Positions 19,452-29,854 of a stretch of 32,000 nt of DNA are shown piece after piece. The notes beneath the pieces were generated by a model. The model was not told the DNA's origin and did no database searches. It was given only the letters and a program-made list of their open reading frames with translations. The DNA is from Acinetobacter wanghuae (lineage in GTDB: Bacteria; Pseudomonadota; Gammaproteobacteria; Pseudomonadales; Moraxellaceae): contig NZ_CP045650.1 in assembly GCF_009557235.1 (NCBI RefSeq), forward strand, positions 2,220,001 to 2,252,000, in the 5' to 3' direction. A program made the position numbers and the translations under genes. Within the stretch, counting starts at the first letter, position 1. Every line of letters starts with the position of its first letter.

Positions 19452-22181
19452 TTAAATTTTACCGTGACATTGCTTGTATTTTAGACCTGAACCACATGGA
19501 CATGGCGCATTACGGCTTGCAGGCACTTCAAATACAGGTGCAACAGATGCCGCATTTGCATTTTGCTCTGCATCTATCGCATTTGACTCATCTTCCGCCA
19601 AACCATCAAACTCAGAATGTGACAACTGTAAACGCATCGCTTCGGCTTGCGCTTGTTGTTGTGCTTCCATTTCGAGAAGCTCTTCAGGTGTTGGTACATG
19701 AATACGAGATAAATCCATCACCACATCAGATTTAATCACTGCAAGCATATTTACAAACAAGTTATACGCTTCTTTTTTGTATTCTTGCTCAGGATTTTTT
19801 TGTGCATAGCCACGTAAATGAATACCTTGACGCAAGTAATCCATCGCTGCCAAATGTTCTTTCCAATGGCGATCGAGTGAATTCAACATAAAGTGACGTT
19901 CAAGACTTGCTGCCGACTCAGGACCCATTTGTTCACGACGTGATTGATAACGCGCAAGGATTTCATCGCTAATACGACGAACCAAGGCTTCTTCATCTAA
20001 ACGACGATCTTCTTCTAACCATTGGGCAATCGGAAGCTCAACATTTAAGTCTTCGCGCAATGCTTGCTCAAGACCAGCAATATCCCATTGGTCATGGATA
20101 GACTCAGGTGGAATATAAGTTGCGATCATGCCTTGCATGACTTCGCGAATCATTTCTTCAATATAATCTTGCAAGGTACTTTCAGCTAAGATTTCATCAC
20201 GCTGTGAATAGATAATCTTACGCTGTTCGTTATTTACGTCATCGTATTTTAATAAGTTCTTACGAATATCGAAGTTACGCGCTTCTACTTTGCGCTGCGC
20301 ATTTTCAATCGAACGCGACACCATTTTATGCTCAATGGCTTCATCTTCTTTCAAGCCCATCGCACGCATCATAGAGACAATACGATCACCCGCGAAGATC
20401 CGCATCAAGTCATCTTCAAGTGACAAATAGAAACGCGACACACCTGGGTCACCTTGACGACCCGCACGACCACGTAATTGGTTATCAATACGACGTGATT
20501 CATGACGTTCAGAACCAATAATGTGTAAACCACCTGAAGCCAATACTGCTTCGTGGTTGGCATCCCATTCTGATTTCAAACGTACTTCATCTTCAGGCGT
20601 TGGATTTTCAATTTTGGCAAGTAACGATTTCCAGTTACCCCCCAAAAGAATATCTGTACCACGACCTGCCATGTTGGTGGCAATGGTCACAGCACGTGGT
20701 GCGCCCGCTTGCGCGATAATATCGGCTTCACGTTCGTGTTGTTTTGCATTTAACACTTCATGCTGAATACCAGCAGCTTTGAGCTTATCTGATAGAATTT
20801 CAGATGCTTCAATGGTGGCTGTACCAATCAAAATTGGCGCAACACCCGCGGCATGGACACGTTCAATTTCTTGAATAATCGCGTTGTACTTGCCTTCACG
20901 ATTTAAATAGATCAAATCGTCATGGTCATTACGCACCATCGGACGATGGGTTGGAATCAATACAACGTCTAAACCGTAAATTTCCTTCATTTCCGCAGCT
21001 TCAGTATCGGCTGTACCGGTCATACCTGAGAGCTTTTTATAAAGACGGAAATAGTTCTGGAATGTTGTGGTTGCAAGCGTTTGGTTTTCAGGTTGAATAT
21101 CCAAACCTTCTTTCGCTTCAACGGCTTGATGCAAACCTTCAGACCAACGACGACCCGGCATGGTACGACCGGTATTTTCATCGACAATAATCACTTCACC
21201 TTCGTGAATGATGTAATGCACGTTGCGTTGATATAAATAATGTGCGCGAATGGCTGCAGTTACATGATGCACAAGATTCAGGTTTGATGCTGAATAGAGA
21301 CTTTCGCCTTCCGCTAACAAACCCATTGCAATCAGTTCGTTTTCAACAAACTCAAAACCTGCTTCGGAGATTTCAACTGAACGTTGTTTTTCATCAATCC
21401 AGAAATGACCACCATCTGGCACTTTTTCTTCTTTTTGCGCGTGCAATTTTGGTGGAATGGTATTAATGGCCGCATACAACTGCGATGAATCTTCACTTTG
21501 ACCAGAAATAATCAATGGCGTACGTGCTTCATCAATCAGGATCGAATCGACCTCATCGATAATGGTGTATACAAGACCACGTTGTTTTTTCTCAGCAAGT
21601 GAGAACACCATGTTGTCACGTAGATAATCGAAACCAAATTCGTTGTTGGTACCGTAAGTAATATCTGCACGATACGCTTGTGATTTTTCAGTTGGATCTT
21701 GCATCGAGTAAATCACCCCGATGCTTAAGCCTAGAAATTCGAATAATGGACGGTTTAACTCAGCATCACGTTGTGCCAAGTAATCATTCACCGTAATCAC
21801 GTGAACGCCTTCACCACTGAGAGCATTCAGATAACACGCCAAAGTACCCATGAGGGTTTTACCTTCACCGGTACGCATTTCTGCAATTTTACCTTCATGT
21901 AAGGTAATACCACCGATCAACTGAACATCATAATGACGCATGCCCATGACACGTTTTGCTGCTTCACGGCAGACCGCAAACGCTTCGGGTAATAACTTAT
22001 CTAAGCTTTCGCCTTTATTATATCGTTGTTTGAATTCTTCAGTTTTTGCAGATAGGTCTGCATCGCTAAGGACTGATATCGTCGGCTCGAGCGCATTAAT
22101 CTTATCAACGATTTTACGCATGCGTTTGAGTTCGCGCTCATTTTTAGTACCGAAGATTCCTCCGATCAGACTTGCCAACAT
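19452..22181 (-). CDS. secA: Preprotein translocase ATPase SecA
   Basis: 909 aa. The N-terminus is [20 protein letters not shown]. The Walker A context is MRTGEGKTL, followed by [19 protein letters not shown]. The C-terminal zinc-binding tail is [15 protein letters not shown]. Confidence 0.98.
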   Translation of the reverse strand: MLASLIGGIFGTKNERELKRMRKIVDKINALEPTISVLSDADLSAKTEEFKQRYNKGESLDKLLPEAFAVCREAAKRVMGMRHYDVQLIGGITLHEGKIAEMRTGEGKTLMGTLACYLNALSGEGVHVITVNDYLAQRDAELNRPLFEFLGLSIGVIYSMQDPTEKSQAYRADITYGTNNEFGFDYLRDNMVFSLAEKKQRGLVYTIIDEVDSILIDEARTPLIISGQSEDSSQLYAAINTIPPKLHAQKEEKVPDGGHFWIDEKQRSVEISEAGFEFVENELIAMGLLAEGESLYSASNLNLVHHVTAAIRAHYLYQRNVHYIIHEGEVIIVDENTGRTMPGRRWSEGLHQAVEAKEGLDIQPENQTLATTTFQNYFRLYKKLSGMTGTADTEAAEMKEIYGLDVVLIPTHRPMVRNDHDDLIYLNREGKYNAIIQEIERVHAAGVAPILIGTATIEASEILSDKLKAAGIQHEVLNAKQHEREADIIAQAGAPRAVTIATNMAGRGTDILLGGNWKSLLAKIENPTPEDEVRLKSEWDANHEAVLASGGLHIIGSERHESRRIDNQLRGRAGRQGDPGVSRFYLSLEDDLMRIFAGDRIVSMMRAMGLKEDEAIEHKMVSRSIENAQRKVEARNFDIRKNLLKYDDVNNEQRKIIYSQRDEILAESTLQDYIEEMIREVMQGMIATYIPPESIHDQWDIAGLEQALREDLNVELPIAQWLEEDRRLDEEALVRRISDEILARYQSRREQMGPESAASLERHFMLNSLDRHWKEHLAAMDYLRQGIHLRGYAQKNPEQEYKKEAYNLFVNMLAVIKSDVVMDLSRIHVPTPEELLEMEAQQQAQAEAMRLQLSHSEFDGLAEDESNAIDAEQNANAASVAPVFEVPASRNAPCPCGSGLKYKQCHGKI

Positions 22182-22532
22182 GTATAGACTCTCTAAAACT
22201 TGCTTGTCAAAATGAATATAAATTCTTAGTGGTTATTATGGTGCTAGAAATTTGAAGTACAAGGGTTTTGCGCGAAAACACCGTAAAAAATCTAATCGCG
22301 ACTTCTAGCGCGCAAAATCTAAGGCAGGCTAATGTATCAAATTTTATACAGACAACATAGTCGCCGAAGCTTGGGATTTTTATAATTTTGCAGCAAATTT
22401 TTCCTATTTTAGCTTTTTTATTCATAAAGAAAGATAAAAACACTATTTTTTTCATCATAAAAAAAATCGGTCATATTCAATCTCGAAATACAGCAAAAAT
22501 TGATAAATAATCATAAAAGATGAGGCAATACA

Positions 22533-23174
22533 ATGAGTTTACGTTTAGGCGATATCGCACCCGACTTTGTTCAGCAATCGAGTGAAGGTGAAATTCGATT
22601 CCATGAGTTCTTAGGTGACAGTTGGGGTATTCTATTTTCCCATCCAGCGGATTACACACCCGTCTGCACAACTGAACTTGGTTTTACTGCAAAGCTGAAA
22701 GATAAATTTGAAAAACGTGAAGTAAAAGCAATTGCTTTATCTGTAGATGATGTTGAATCCCATCAGGGTTGGATCAAAGATATTAATGAGACCCAAGACA
22801 CGACAGTTAATTTTCCGATTATTGCGGATCAAGATCGTAAAGTATCCACACTGTATGATTTCATTCATCCGAATGCAAGCGAGACCTTAACGGTTCGTTC
22901 TTTGGTAATTATCGACCCGAATAAAAAAATCCGCCTGATTATTACGTATCCCGCATCAACAGGCCGTAACTTCCATGAAATTTTACGTGTGATTGATTTA
23001 TTGCAATTGACGGACAATCACAAAGTCGCTACGCCTGCCAACTGGCAACATGGCGATGATGTAGTGATTGTGCCGTCGCTGAAAGATGAGGACGAAATCA
23101 AACAACGCTTCCCTAAAGGCTATAAGGCAGTCGCTCCTTATTTACGTCTCACGCCACAGCCTGAGCAAGGATAA
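22533..23174 (+). CDS. 1-Cys peroxiredoxin (Prx6-like)
   Basis: 213 aa. The sequence runs MSLRLGDIAPDF...SHPADYTPVCTTELG (peroxidatic Cys in the PVCTTE motif)...WIKDI...NFPIIAD. The length and the C-terminal extension fit the 1-Cys class. Confidence 0.88.
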   Translation: MSLRLGDIAPDFVQQSSEGEIRFHEFLGDSWGILFSHPADYTPVCTTELGFTAKLKDKFEKREVKAIALSVDDVESHQGWIKDINETQDTTVNFPIIADQDRKVSTLYDFIHPNASETLTVRSLVIIDPNKKIRLIITYPASTGRNFHEILRVIDLLQLTDNHKVATPANWQHGDDVVIVPSLKDEDEIKQRFPKGYKAVAPYLRLTPQPEQG

Positions 23175-23326
23175 GCAGAGCACCGCTCTGCCCTTGCGCA
23201 AGATTCACAGCTATGCTGTGAATGTGAGGATAAAATCAAATGTTGCTACATGGGAGCGCAAGAGCCATAGCTATGCTATGGCTAGCAAGGATAGGTAAAA
23301 CATTACCTTAATTTGCCGCAAGGCAA
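23175..23326. repeat. Array of short stem-loops / palindromes downstream of the peroxiredoxin gene
   Basis: Three similar hairpins: GCAGAGC-ACC-GCTCTGC (23175-23191), TTCACAGC-TAT-GCTGTGAA (23204-23222) and GCCATAGC-TAT-GCTATGGC (23264-23282). There is also the palindrome CTTGCGCAAG (23193-23202) and TTGCC-GCAA-GGCAA (23313-23326). The pentamer GCAAG occurs six times between 23165 and 23375. Confidence 0.6.
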
Positions 23327-23535
23327 ACGAAGTGCGCAGTTCATATAAAAAAGCACTGCTTTAAGTATTCGCAAGACAGGCAAAGCCTTGCTCCATCCCC
23401 CTTCATCTGCGTCAAAGTTGATCTGACGAGCCAAGTTTAAGTGCAGATGGAGAATCTAAATCTGAAACACTTTATTACTTTATGAAGTCAGATGATTGGT
23501 TAGACTAAAAACCTCCATAACAATAAAAATATTTT

Positions 23536-24135
23536 ATGAAAGTATTTCCTCTTCTCCTCTGTGTATTATCGCTTTCATTGCAAGGCTGCGTTCGCACGCC
23601 TGATTTACCTGAGCATGAACGACCTGAACATTGGGGACAGCTGATTCATGAAACCCATAATTTTTATAAAATAAGTGACTCAGTGTTTAGAAGTGAACAA
23701 CCCAACCATGAACTCAAACCCTTATTACAACAGCACGAAATTGCTGTAGTGATCAATCTACGTTCTCGTGATAAAGACAGTAAAATTTTGGCAGCCGAAA
23801 ATCTAAAACTTCGGCATATTCCTATTCATACATGGGCATTAGATCGAGATGATTTACTTAAGGTGATGCGGGAGATTCAGAGCGCTCAACAGCACAATCA
23901 ACGTGTGCTATTACATTGTTATCATGGTTCAGACCGAACAGGTGCAAGCGTGGCAATGTATCGCATTATTTTTGAACATTGGTCGATTGATCAGGCATTA
24001 CAAGAAATGAAACATGGTGGTTACGGTTTTCACCGTATTTGGGGCAATATCGAAAATCTCTTTACCCCTGAAAATGTAAAATGGATTCGAGATCAACTCT
24101 CGAATCCATCTTTGGTGTCACACGATATGCATTAA
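23536..24135 (+). CDS. Exported Cys-X5-Arg dual-specificity/tyrosine phosphatase lipoprotein (TpbA-like)
   Basis: 199 aa. The signal peptide has a lipobox (LSLSLQGC). The active-site signature is HCYHGSDRTGA (C-X5-R-T). The size and the export signal resemble the periplasmic phosphatase TpbA of P. aeruginosa. Confidence 0.8.
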   Translation: MKVFPLLLCVLSLSLQGCVRTPDLPEHERPEHWGQLIHETHNFYKISDSVFRSEQPNHELKPLLQQHEIAVVINLRSRDKDSKILAAENLKLRHIPIHTWALDRDDLLKVMREIQSAQQHNQRVLLHCYHGSDRTGASVAMYRIIFEHWSIDQALQEMKHGGYGFHRIWGNIENLFTPENVKWIRDQLSNPSLVSHDMH

Positions 24136-24138
24136 GCT

Positions 24139-25140
24139 TTAATTACGTTTATCTAAAGGCACCCATTCGTTCACCCACGCAGATTTCATATTAAGGCTTG
24201 CATCACTAGCAATCTTTTTGCGTGTTGCATCAGCTGCTTCACGATTTTTAGAAGGACCCACCATAATCCGTACCCCTTTTGAAGTTGGACTCTTGGTGAC
24301 TTTGTAGCCTTTAGCACGAAGTTTCGCTGCAATGGCATCAGCATTGGCTTCATTAGCAGCCAGTGCCACTTGCACCATCCACTGTTTTGCATCATCGCCT
24401 TCAAGCAACTTACGCGCTTTTTCAGCTTCGGCTTTTTTCTTCGCTTCTTCTGCTTTGTGCTTTTCGTCAGCTTTACGCTTTTCTTCTGCCTTATGTTCAG
24501 CCGCTTTTTTATCCGCAGCTTTCTGTGCTTCTGCCGCTTTTAACTTTTCTGCTGCTTTACGTTTCTCTTCAGCCGCCTTTTGCTCTTCCGCTTTTTTCTT
24601 GGCTAAAGCCGCTTTTTGCTCAGCCTCTTTTTTAGCTGTATCTGTAGATGCATGTGCTTTTTGTTGTTCAGCTTTTTGCTGCTCTAATTTCTTTTGAGCC
24701 GCGGCTTTATCTTCAGCTAAACGCTTTTGTTTGGTTTTTTCATCTTCAACTAATTCAGGCGGAATATTATCTGAACTTTGCTGTCCTAAACGATGTGCAT
24801 TTAAAGCAGCATATTCTTCTGCAGCTTTACGTGCAGCATCAGCTTCTGCTTGTTGCTGCATCGCCAAAAATTCCGCCGCACGTGCTTCTTGTTCTGCAAC
24901 CGATTTTTCACGGTCACGACGTTGCTGTTCCAATAAACGTTTTTCAGTCGCCACATCTACGGTTAATGAATTTAACTTCGAATTGGGATGATCTTCAGCA
25001 CTGTCCACTTGCTCAGAAGAATCCGGAAATTGTTGATGCTGAACATCAATTTCATCCTTCCCTTTAAGAAGCAATGCTGCCAACAACACACCACCACCGA
25101 GTAAAACTACGCCACCCATCCAGCGTTGTTTGTTATTCAT
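24139..25140 (-). CDS. SPOR-domain cell-division protein (DedD-like)
   Basis: It has an N-terminal TM helix (GGVVLLGGGVLLAALLL), then a long Lys/Ala/Glu-rich low-complexity linker. The C-terminal SPOR domain reads WMVQVALAANEANADAIAAKLRAKGYKV...VRIMVGP. It follows folC as dedD does in E. coli. I prefer the ATG at 25138-25140 (GGAAG lies 7 nt upstream and it makes an ATGA overlap with the folC stop) over the track start at 25194. The ATG at 25146 is also possible. Confidence 0.8.
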   Translation of the reverse strand: MNNKQRWMGGVVLLGGGVLLAALLLKGKDEIDVQHQQFPDSSEQVDSAEDHPNSKLNSLTVDVATEKRLLEQQRRDREKSVAEQEARAAEFLAMQQQAEADAARKAAEEYAALNAHRLGQQSSDNIPPELVEDEKTKQKRLAEDKAAAQKKLEQQKAEQQKAHASTDTAKKEAEQKAALAKKKAEEQKAAEEKRKAAEKLKAAEAQKAADKKAAEHKAEEKRKADEKHKAEEAKKKAEAEKARKLLEGDDAKQWMVQVALAANEANADAIAAKLRAKGYKVTKSPTSKGVRIMVGPSKNREAADATRKKIASDASLNMKSAWVNEWVPLDKRN

Positions 25141-26420
25141 TGACATTCTTCCAAATACTCCCATACCGCTTCTAAAGTATGAAATGATCCACATACCAAA
25201 ATCAGCTGATTATTATTCGTTTCATCGAGCGCTGATTTAAAAGCTAATTTGATGTTATCGAAGTGCTGTACCGTTTGGCCTGCCAAAGCTTGATCCAAAA
25301 CCGTGATGTCTGCCGCACGAGCCACTTCTAACTGTGCAATTCTCCACATTCCAATGTGATCTTTCAACAGCTCAACGACAGATTTTATATCTTTATCTGC
25401 CAACATTGAAAAAACGCATTGCACTTCAGTATATTGTTTATTGTGATTTAAATAATAACGCAATTGTTTTAATAAAAATTCGACCCCGTGTGGATTATGT
25501 CCCGCATCAAAAATCACAGTTTTATTGTGAATTTGACGGACTTCAAATCGACCGGGTAATTTTGCAGATCGAATCCCTTGCGCAATCGCCTCTTGTTCAA
25601 CGCTTAGCCCACTTAACAAAATAGCAGCCACTGCGGTTGAAATATTATCGAGCGCCAAACTGCCTGTTGGGAAGGTTAAGGTTGTCCCTGATGATGCAAA
25701 GTTCCAAGATTGTCCATCTGCATTTGCTACATAAAAATAATCACGATTGATTGCATACAACGGCGCATTATTTTCAGCTGCTTTATTTAAAATAGCTTGC
25801 GGAATATCTTGTTGCCCACCAAACACGACTGGAATATTCGGTCGTATGATGCCTGCTTTTTCAAAAGCAATTTTCTCGATGGTATCGCCAAGCCAATCAG
25901 TATGATCGAGTCCGATATTGGTGATGACTGCGACATTAGGATCAACCACATTAACCACATCTAAGCGACCACCGAGACCAACTTCGAGCACCCAAACATC
26001 ACATTGTTCATTTTTAAAAATAACAAAGGCTGCAAGTGTGGTGGCTTCAAAGAAAGATAAGCTGAGATCGCATTCGCGACGTGCTTGATCAACTTGCACA
26101 AAAGCATCAATCAAGAACTGATCTTCAACTTCAATGCCGCGCAATTTCACACGTTCATTAAAGCGATAGACATGCGGAGATTGATAAAGCCCGACTTTAA
26201 AACCTTGCGCATTTAAAATGGCAGCCAAAGTCGTTGTGGTTGAGCCTTTACCATTGGTACCGGCAACCGTCAGTACTTTAGCATTTGGACGGACAACACC
26301 GAGCTTTTCAGCTACAGGAATTACCCGTTCCAAACCTAAATCAATACCCGTAACGTGAACATGGCTCCAATAATCGAGCCATGTATCAAGTGAATCAGTT
26401 GCTAGTGGTGCTGTGTTCAA
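25137..26420 (-). CDS. folC: Bifunctional folylpolyglutamate synthase / dihydrofolate synthase FolC
   Basis: 427 aa. The Mur-ligase P-loop is [10 protein letters not shown], and the FEATT and ITNIGLDH blocks are present. The TTG start overlaps the accD stop (TTGA). Confidence 0.9.
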   Translation of the reverse strand: MNTAPLATDSLDTWLDYWSHVHVTGIDLGLERVIPVAEKLGVVRPNAKVLTVAGTNGKGSTTTTLAAILNAQGFKVGLYQSPHVYRFNERVKLRGIEVEDQFLIDAFVQVDQARRECDLSLSFFEATTLAAFVIFKNEQCDVWVLEVGLGGRLDVVNVVDPNVAVITNIGLDHTDWLGDTIEKIAFEKAGIIRPNIPVVFGGQQDIPQAILNKAAENNAPLYAINRDYFYVANADGQSWNFASSGTTLTFPTGSLALDNISTAVAAILLSGLSVEQEAIAQGIRSAKLPGRFEVRQIHNKTVIFDAGHNPHGVEFLLKQLRYYLNHNKQYTEVQCVFSMLADKDIKSVVELLKDHIGMWRIAQLEVARAADITVLDQALAGQTVQHFDNIKLAFKSALDETNNNQLILVCGSFHTLEAVWEYLEECQ

Positions 26421-27313
26421 GGCAAATTCATCAATTTCGCGACAATACGATAAACTGTATCACGTAATGCGTGACGATGAACAATTTGGTCGATCACACC
26501 ATGATCAAGCAAATATTCAGCACGTTGGAATGGTTCTTCCAATTTTTCGCGTACAGTTTGTTCAATCACACGTTTACCCGCAAAACCGATCATCGCTTTT
26601 GGCTCAGCCAAATGTACGTCACCGAGCATCGCTAAAGATGCAGTTACACCACCATATACAGGATGGGTCAGGACCACGACATAAGGTAAACCTGCTTCTT
26701 TTAAACGTTGAATTGCCGCAGAAGTACGTGCCATTTGCATTAAAGACAACATGCCTTCTTGCATACGTGCACCACCAGAGGCAGCAAAACAAATCAGCGG
26801 TTGTTGCAATTCAATCGCACGTTCAGCAGCTTGGACAAAACGGTCACCGACCACTGTACCCATTGAACCGCCCATAAAGTCGAATTCAAATGCTGTCGCA
26901 ATCATTGGTACGCCTTTGAGCAAACCTTGCATCACGACCAAAGCTTCTGTTTCGCCGGTTTTCTTTTGCGCTTCCGCCATACGATCTGGATAGGCTTTGC
27001 TATCAACAAATTTCAACGGATCTTTAGCAACGAATTCTTGACCCATTTCTGTTTGCACTTGGTCAAAGAACCAATTTAAACGGTCACGGGCTTTCATACG
27101 CAAATGTTCATCACATTGTGGACAAACATAGGCGTTAAACGACATTGCAGTACGCGTCACCAAAGCATGACATTCTGGGCACTCAATGGTCGGCTCGGTA
27201 AATGTCGCTTTAAGTGTCGTTTGCTCATCTGGCATATGAATCCCGGGAACATGACGTTCAGTCCATGGGGTCGATGGGCTCAGAATTTTGCCTGATTTGA
27301 CTGGTTGACTCAT
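26417..27313 (-). CDS. accD: Acetyl-CoA carboxylase carboxyltransferase beta subunit AccD
   Basis: 298 aa. The N-terminal Cys4 zinc ribbon is CPECHALV...CPQCDEH. The GGSMG and SGGARMQEG blocks are present. Confidence 0.95.
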   Translation of the reverse strand: MSQPVKSGKILSPSTPWTERHVPGIHMPDEQTTLKATFTEPTIECPECHALVTRTAMSFNAYVCPQCDEHLRMKARDRLNWFFDQVQTEMGQEFVAKDPLKFVDSKAYPDRMAEAQKKTGETEALVVMQGLLKGVPMIATAFEFDFMGGSMGTVVGDRFVQAAERAIELQQPLICFAASGGARMQEGMLSLMQMARTSAAIQRLKEAGLPYVVVLTHPVYGGVTASLAMLGDVHLAEPKAMIGFAGKRVIEQTVREKLEEPFQRAEYLLDHGVIDQIVHRHALRDTVYRIVAKLMNLP

Positions 27314-28113
27314 ACTAACTCATCGAGCGCGGCTCGAAGCTCCTTGACTTTATTCACTGTTTCGACAACAGCTTGTTCTGGTGTGAGCGTTGCAAATTGC
27401 TTCACAAATGCACTTCCCACAATAACGGCATCGGCAGCAACACCCATCGCTTTCGCAGATGCAGCATCACTAATACCAAAACCTACGCCCACAGGAACAT
27501 TGGTCACAGCTTTAATCTTTTCAATGCGGGCAGCCGCTTCAGATACATCTAAAGTTGCTGCGCCTGTGACACCTTTCAATGACACATAATAAATAAAGCC
27601 ACTGGCTTGTTTTACCACATGTTGAATACGTGCATCGGTTGAAGTGGGTGCAAGTAAGAAAATTTGATCCATATCGTATTGTTGTAATACAACTTTCAAA
27701 TCATCTGCTTCTTCAGGCGGTAGATCCACCAAAAGCACACCATCCACACCGCATTCGTTGGCATATGCCACAAATTTTTCATAGCCAATCACTTCAACAG
27801 GATTTAAATATCCCATCAATACCACTGGTGTTTCGCTGTCTTTTAAACGAAATTCTTTCACCATATTTAAGGCATCAAAAGTGTTGGTTCCGCCTGCTAA
27901 AGCGCGTTCTGCCGCTAAAGCAATGACTGGACCATCTGCCATTGGGTCTGAAAAAGGAAGACCTAACTCAATCACGTCTACACCCGCATCCACCATTTGA
28001 TGAAGTAACGGTACAGTTACCTCAGGATGTGGATCACCCGCCATCACATAAGAAACTAAAGCTTTACGCTGTTGAGATTTAAGTTGACCAAATCGAGTAG
28101 CTAAACGTGACAT
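27310..28113 (-). CDS. trpA: Tryptophan synthase alpha chain TrpA
   Basis: 267 aa. Matching blocks are [43 protein letters not shown] and VGFGIS. The stop overlaps the accD start (ATGA). Confidence 0.95.
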   Translation of the reverse strand: MSRLATRFGQLKSQQRKALVSYVMAGDPHPEVTVPLLHQMVDAGVDVIELGLPFSDPMADGPVIALAAERALAGGTNTFDALNMVKEFRLKDSETPVVLMGYLNPVEVIGYEKFVAYANECGVDGVLLVDLPPEEADDLKVVLQQYDMDQIFLLAPTSTDARIQHVVKQASGFIYYVSLKGVTGAATLDVSEAAARIEKIKAVTNVPVGVGFGISDAASAKAMGVAADAVIVGSAFVKQFATLTPEQAVVETVNKVKELRAALDELV

Positions 28114-28479
28114 AGGGTTGTGCGTTCCTTAACGTGTTTCAAACTTGAGGCATTGACTATGTAAAAAATACAAGACTCCGCATTGTAACGCTATTTTTTG
28201 TGCATTGAACAGTACACAACATAGCGTAAAGTGATTTGATTTCCTGTGCGTAGATTTCAGAACAACCCGAAAGACTATATTTACGAATATTTTGATTTTT
28301 TTAACAATGATCAAAGATGCCTATTTTCGGTAATTCATAAAATAGTGAATATTTAGAAAAACTTATTTTTATCGTTAAAAAAATGTTAAAAATGGCTGTC
28401 TTAGCTTATTTACTTATTATTTTATGAAATAGCAAAACCTGCTTTATACTACGCCTATTCTCCTATTTTTTTATCTCCT

Positions 28480-29817
28480 ATGCAGACTGAATCTGAAGGC
28501 ACAGTGCATGCGCGCGCCATTGCACTGCTCCCCCTCATTGTTTTTTTAACCATTTTTTTAGGTAGCGGAATCTATCACACTTTGATTGGAACAGAAATGG
28601 CGTTCTATCAAATCAAAGCCCCTGTTGCCGCATTGCCTGCGATTATCTTGGCTGCATTAGTGTATCGCGGCAAACTCAATGACGGTATTGAAGCATTCCT
28701 TAAAGGTGCTAGTCATCCAAATTTAATTTTGATGTTTATGGTGTTCATGCTTGCCGGTGCCTTTGCCAGTGTAAGTTCCGCCATTGGCAGTGTCGATGCC
28801 ACCGTACAACTCGGCTTATCGATTATTCCACCCGCATTTGTGCTTCCGATGTTATTTGTCATTTCAGCCTTTATTGCGACAGCAATGGGCACCTCGATGG
28901 GCACCATTGCGGCATGTGCGCCCATTGCTTTTGGCTTTTCTGAAGTCACTGAGATTAGTGTTGTCGCTGCTATTGGTGCTGTCGTGGGAGGATCAATGTT
29001 CGGTGATAATTTATCGATGATTTCCGATACCACTATTGCAGCCACCACCAGTCAAAAAGTGCAATTACGTGACAAATTCAGAGTCAATGTATGGATTGCA
29101 GTGCCAGCATCTGTGATTACAATTTTAATTTATATTCTGGGTAGCGGTGCATCGAATGCTGTGGAATATAAAGATTTTAATGGTTTATTGGTATTGCCGT
29201 ATTTGGCAGTGTTTGTCTTGGCATTTAGCCGCTTGCATGTCCTTGCAGTTCTCAGCATTGGTGTGATTTTATCTGGAATTTTTGGTTTAGTTGCCACATC
29301 TGAATTTGACTTACTCAAACTTAATAATGCGATTTATGATGGCTTTGTGGGTATGTTTGAAGTGGCGTTACTATCCATGTTCTTAGGCGGCTTGTCAGCC
29401 ATCATGCAACATGAAGGTGGCTTACGTTGGCTCATTGAACGTATTTATGCCATGACACGCTTATTTAAAGTGGGGCGTCAACGCGCAGGTGAAATTGGCA
29501 TTAGTATATTGGTGGTCTTTTCAAATCTATTCGTTGCCAATAATACAGTTGCAATTATTTTGTCTGGGGATATGGCACGAGAGGTCGCAAAGGAATACGG
29601 CGTCGATCCAAAACGTGCTGCGGCACTGATGGACATTTTCTCTTGTGTCGTCCAAGGCTTAATCCCCTATGGCGCACAGTTATTACTTGCATGTTCAATC
29701 GCGCAGCTTTCTCCAGTTGAACTGATTGGAGGTGTCTATTATTGTTGGATTTTAGCAATTTTTGCTGTACTTGCGATTGCCTTTAGGTTTCCAAAAATCA
29801 AAAATGTACATGCATAA
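28480..29817 (+). CDS. NhaC-family Na+/H+ antiporter-type membrane transporter
   Basis: 445 aa and very hydrophobic (about 11-12 TM segments). The FGDNLSMISDTTIAAT block resembles the conserved NhaC-family motif. No clear SD precedes the ATG, so the start is uncertain. Confidence 0.75.
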   Translation: MQTESEGTVHARAIALLPLIVFLTIFLGSGIYHTLIGTEMAFYQIKAPVAALPAIILAALVYRGKLNDGIEAFLKGASHPNLILMFMVFMLAGAFASVSSAIGSVDATVQLGLSIIPPAFVLPMLFVISAFIATAMGTSMGTIAACAPIAFGFSEVTEISVVAAIGAVVGGSMFGDNLSMISDTTIAATTSQKVQLRDKFRVNVWIAVPASVITILIYILGSGASNAVEYKDFNGLLVLPYLAVFVLAFSRLHVLAVLSIGVILSGIFGLVATSEFDLLKLNNAIYDGFVGMFEVALLSMFLGGLSAIMQHEGGLRWLIERIYAMTRLFKVGRQRAGEIGISILVVFSNLFVANNTVAIILSGDMAREVAKEYGVDPKRAAALMDIFSCVVQGLIPYGAQLLLACSIAQLSPVELIGGVYYCWILAIFAVLAIAFRFPKIKNVHA

Positions 29818-29825
29818 ATAAAATG

Positions 29826-29854
29826 AAAAAAGCGACCAAATCGGTCGCTTTTTT
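29826..29854. terminator. Bidirectional terminator between the transporter and the AraC gene
   Basis: AAAAA-AGCGACC-AAATC-GGTCGCT-TTTTT. The T-run overlaps the stop codon of the convergent AraC gene. Confidence 0.8.

Noticed and set aside
17659-22215. Antisense or alternative-frame ORFs within argJ and secA (for example 17659-17964, 18249-18596, 19474-19701, 20521-20766, 21940-22215).
   Set aside because: Each is fully nested in a confidently identified conserved gene. They have no SDs and odd composition.
22207-22458. 83-aa minus-strand ORF upstream of secA; I considered it as a secM-like leader peptide.
   Set aside because: It has no SD and a Lys/Ile/Phe-rich composition typical of AT-rich non-coding DNA. 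It has no signal peptide plus arrest motif like SecM, and it ends 26 nt before secA with no coupling features.
23164-23300. CsrA/RsmA-sponge sRNA (RsmY/Z-like), suggested by three AGGATA motifs next to hairpins.
   Set aside because: There are only three or four GGA motifs, one of them inside the peroxiredoxin coding sequence. None sits in a hairpin loop, there is no GacA-box-like upstream element and no strong terminator. It is kept only as a remote possibility within the hairpin-array finding.
23175-23330. Possible CRISPR array or tandem repeat.
   Set aside because: The repeats are about 19 nt and non-identical, with irregular spacing (30 and 60 nt centre to centre). No cas genes are in the window.
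24186-25067. Five track ORFs (72-139 aa), one same-strand alternative frame (24186-24404) and four antisense, inside the SPOR gene.
   Set aside because: They are artefacts of the repetitive GCN/AAR (Ala/Lys/Glu) coding tract, which stays open in several frames. Their translations are Ser/Ala/Phe/Leu low-complexity sequences.
26413-26877. 154-aa plus-strand ORF antisense to accD, and similar ones in trpA (27305-27589, 27630-27926).
   Set aside because: They are nested antisense to highly conserved genes. The His/Gln/Arg-rich translation is not protein-like.
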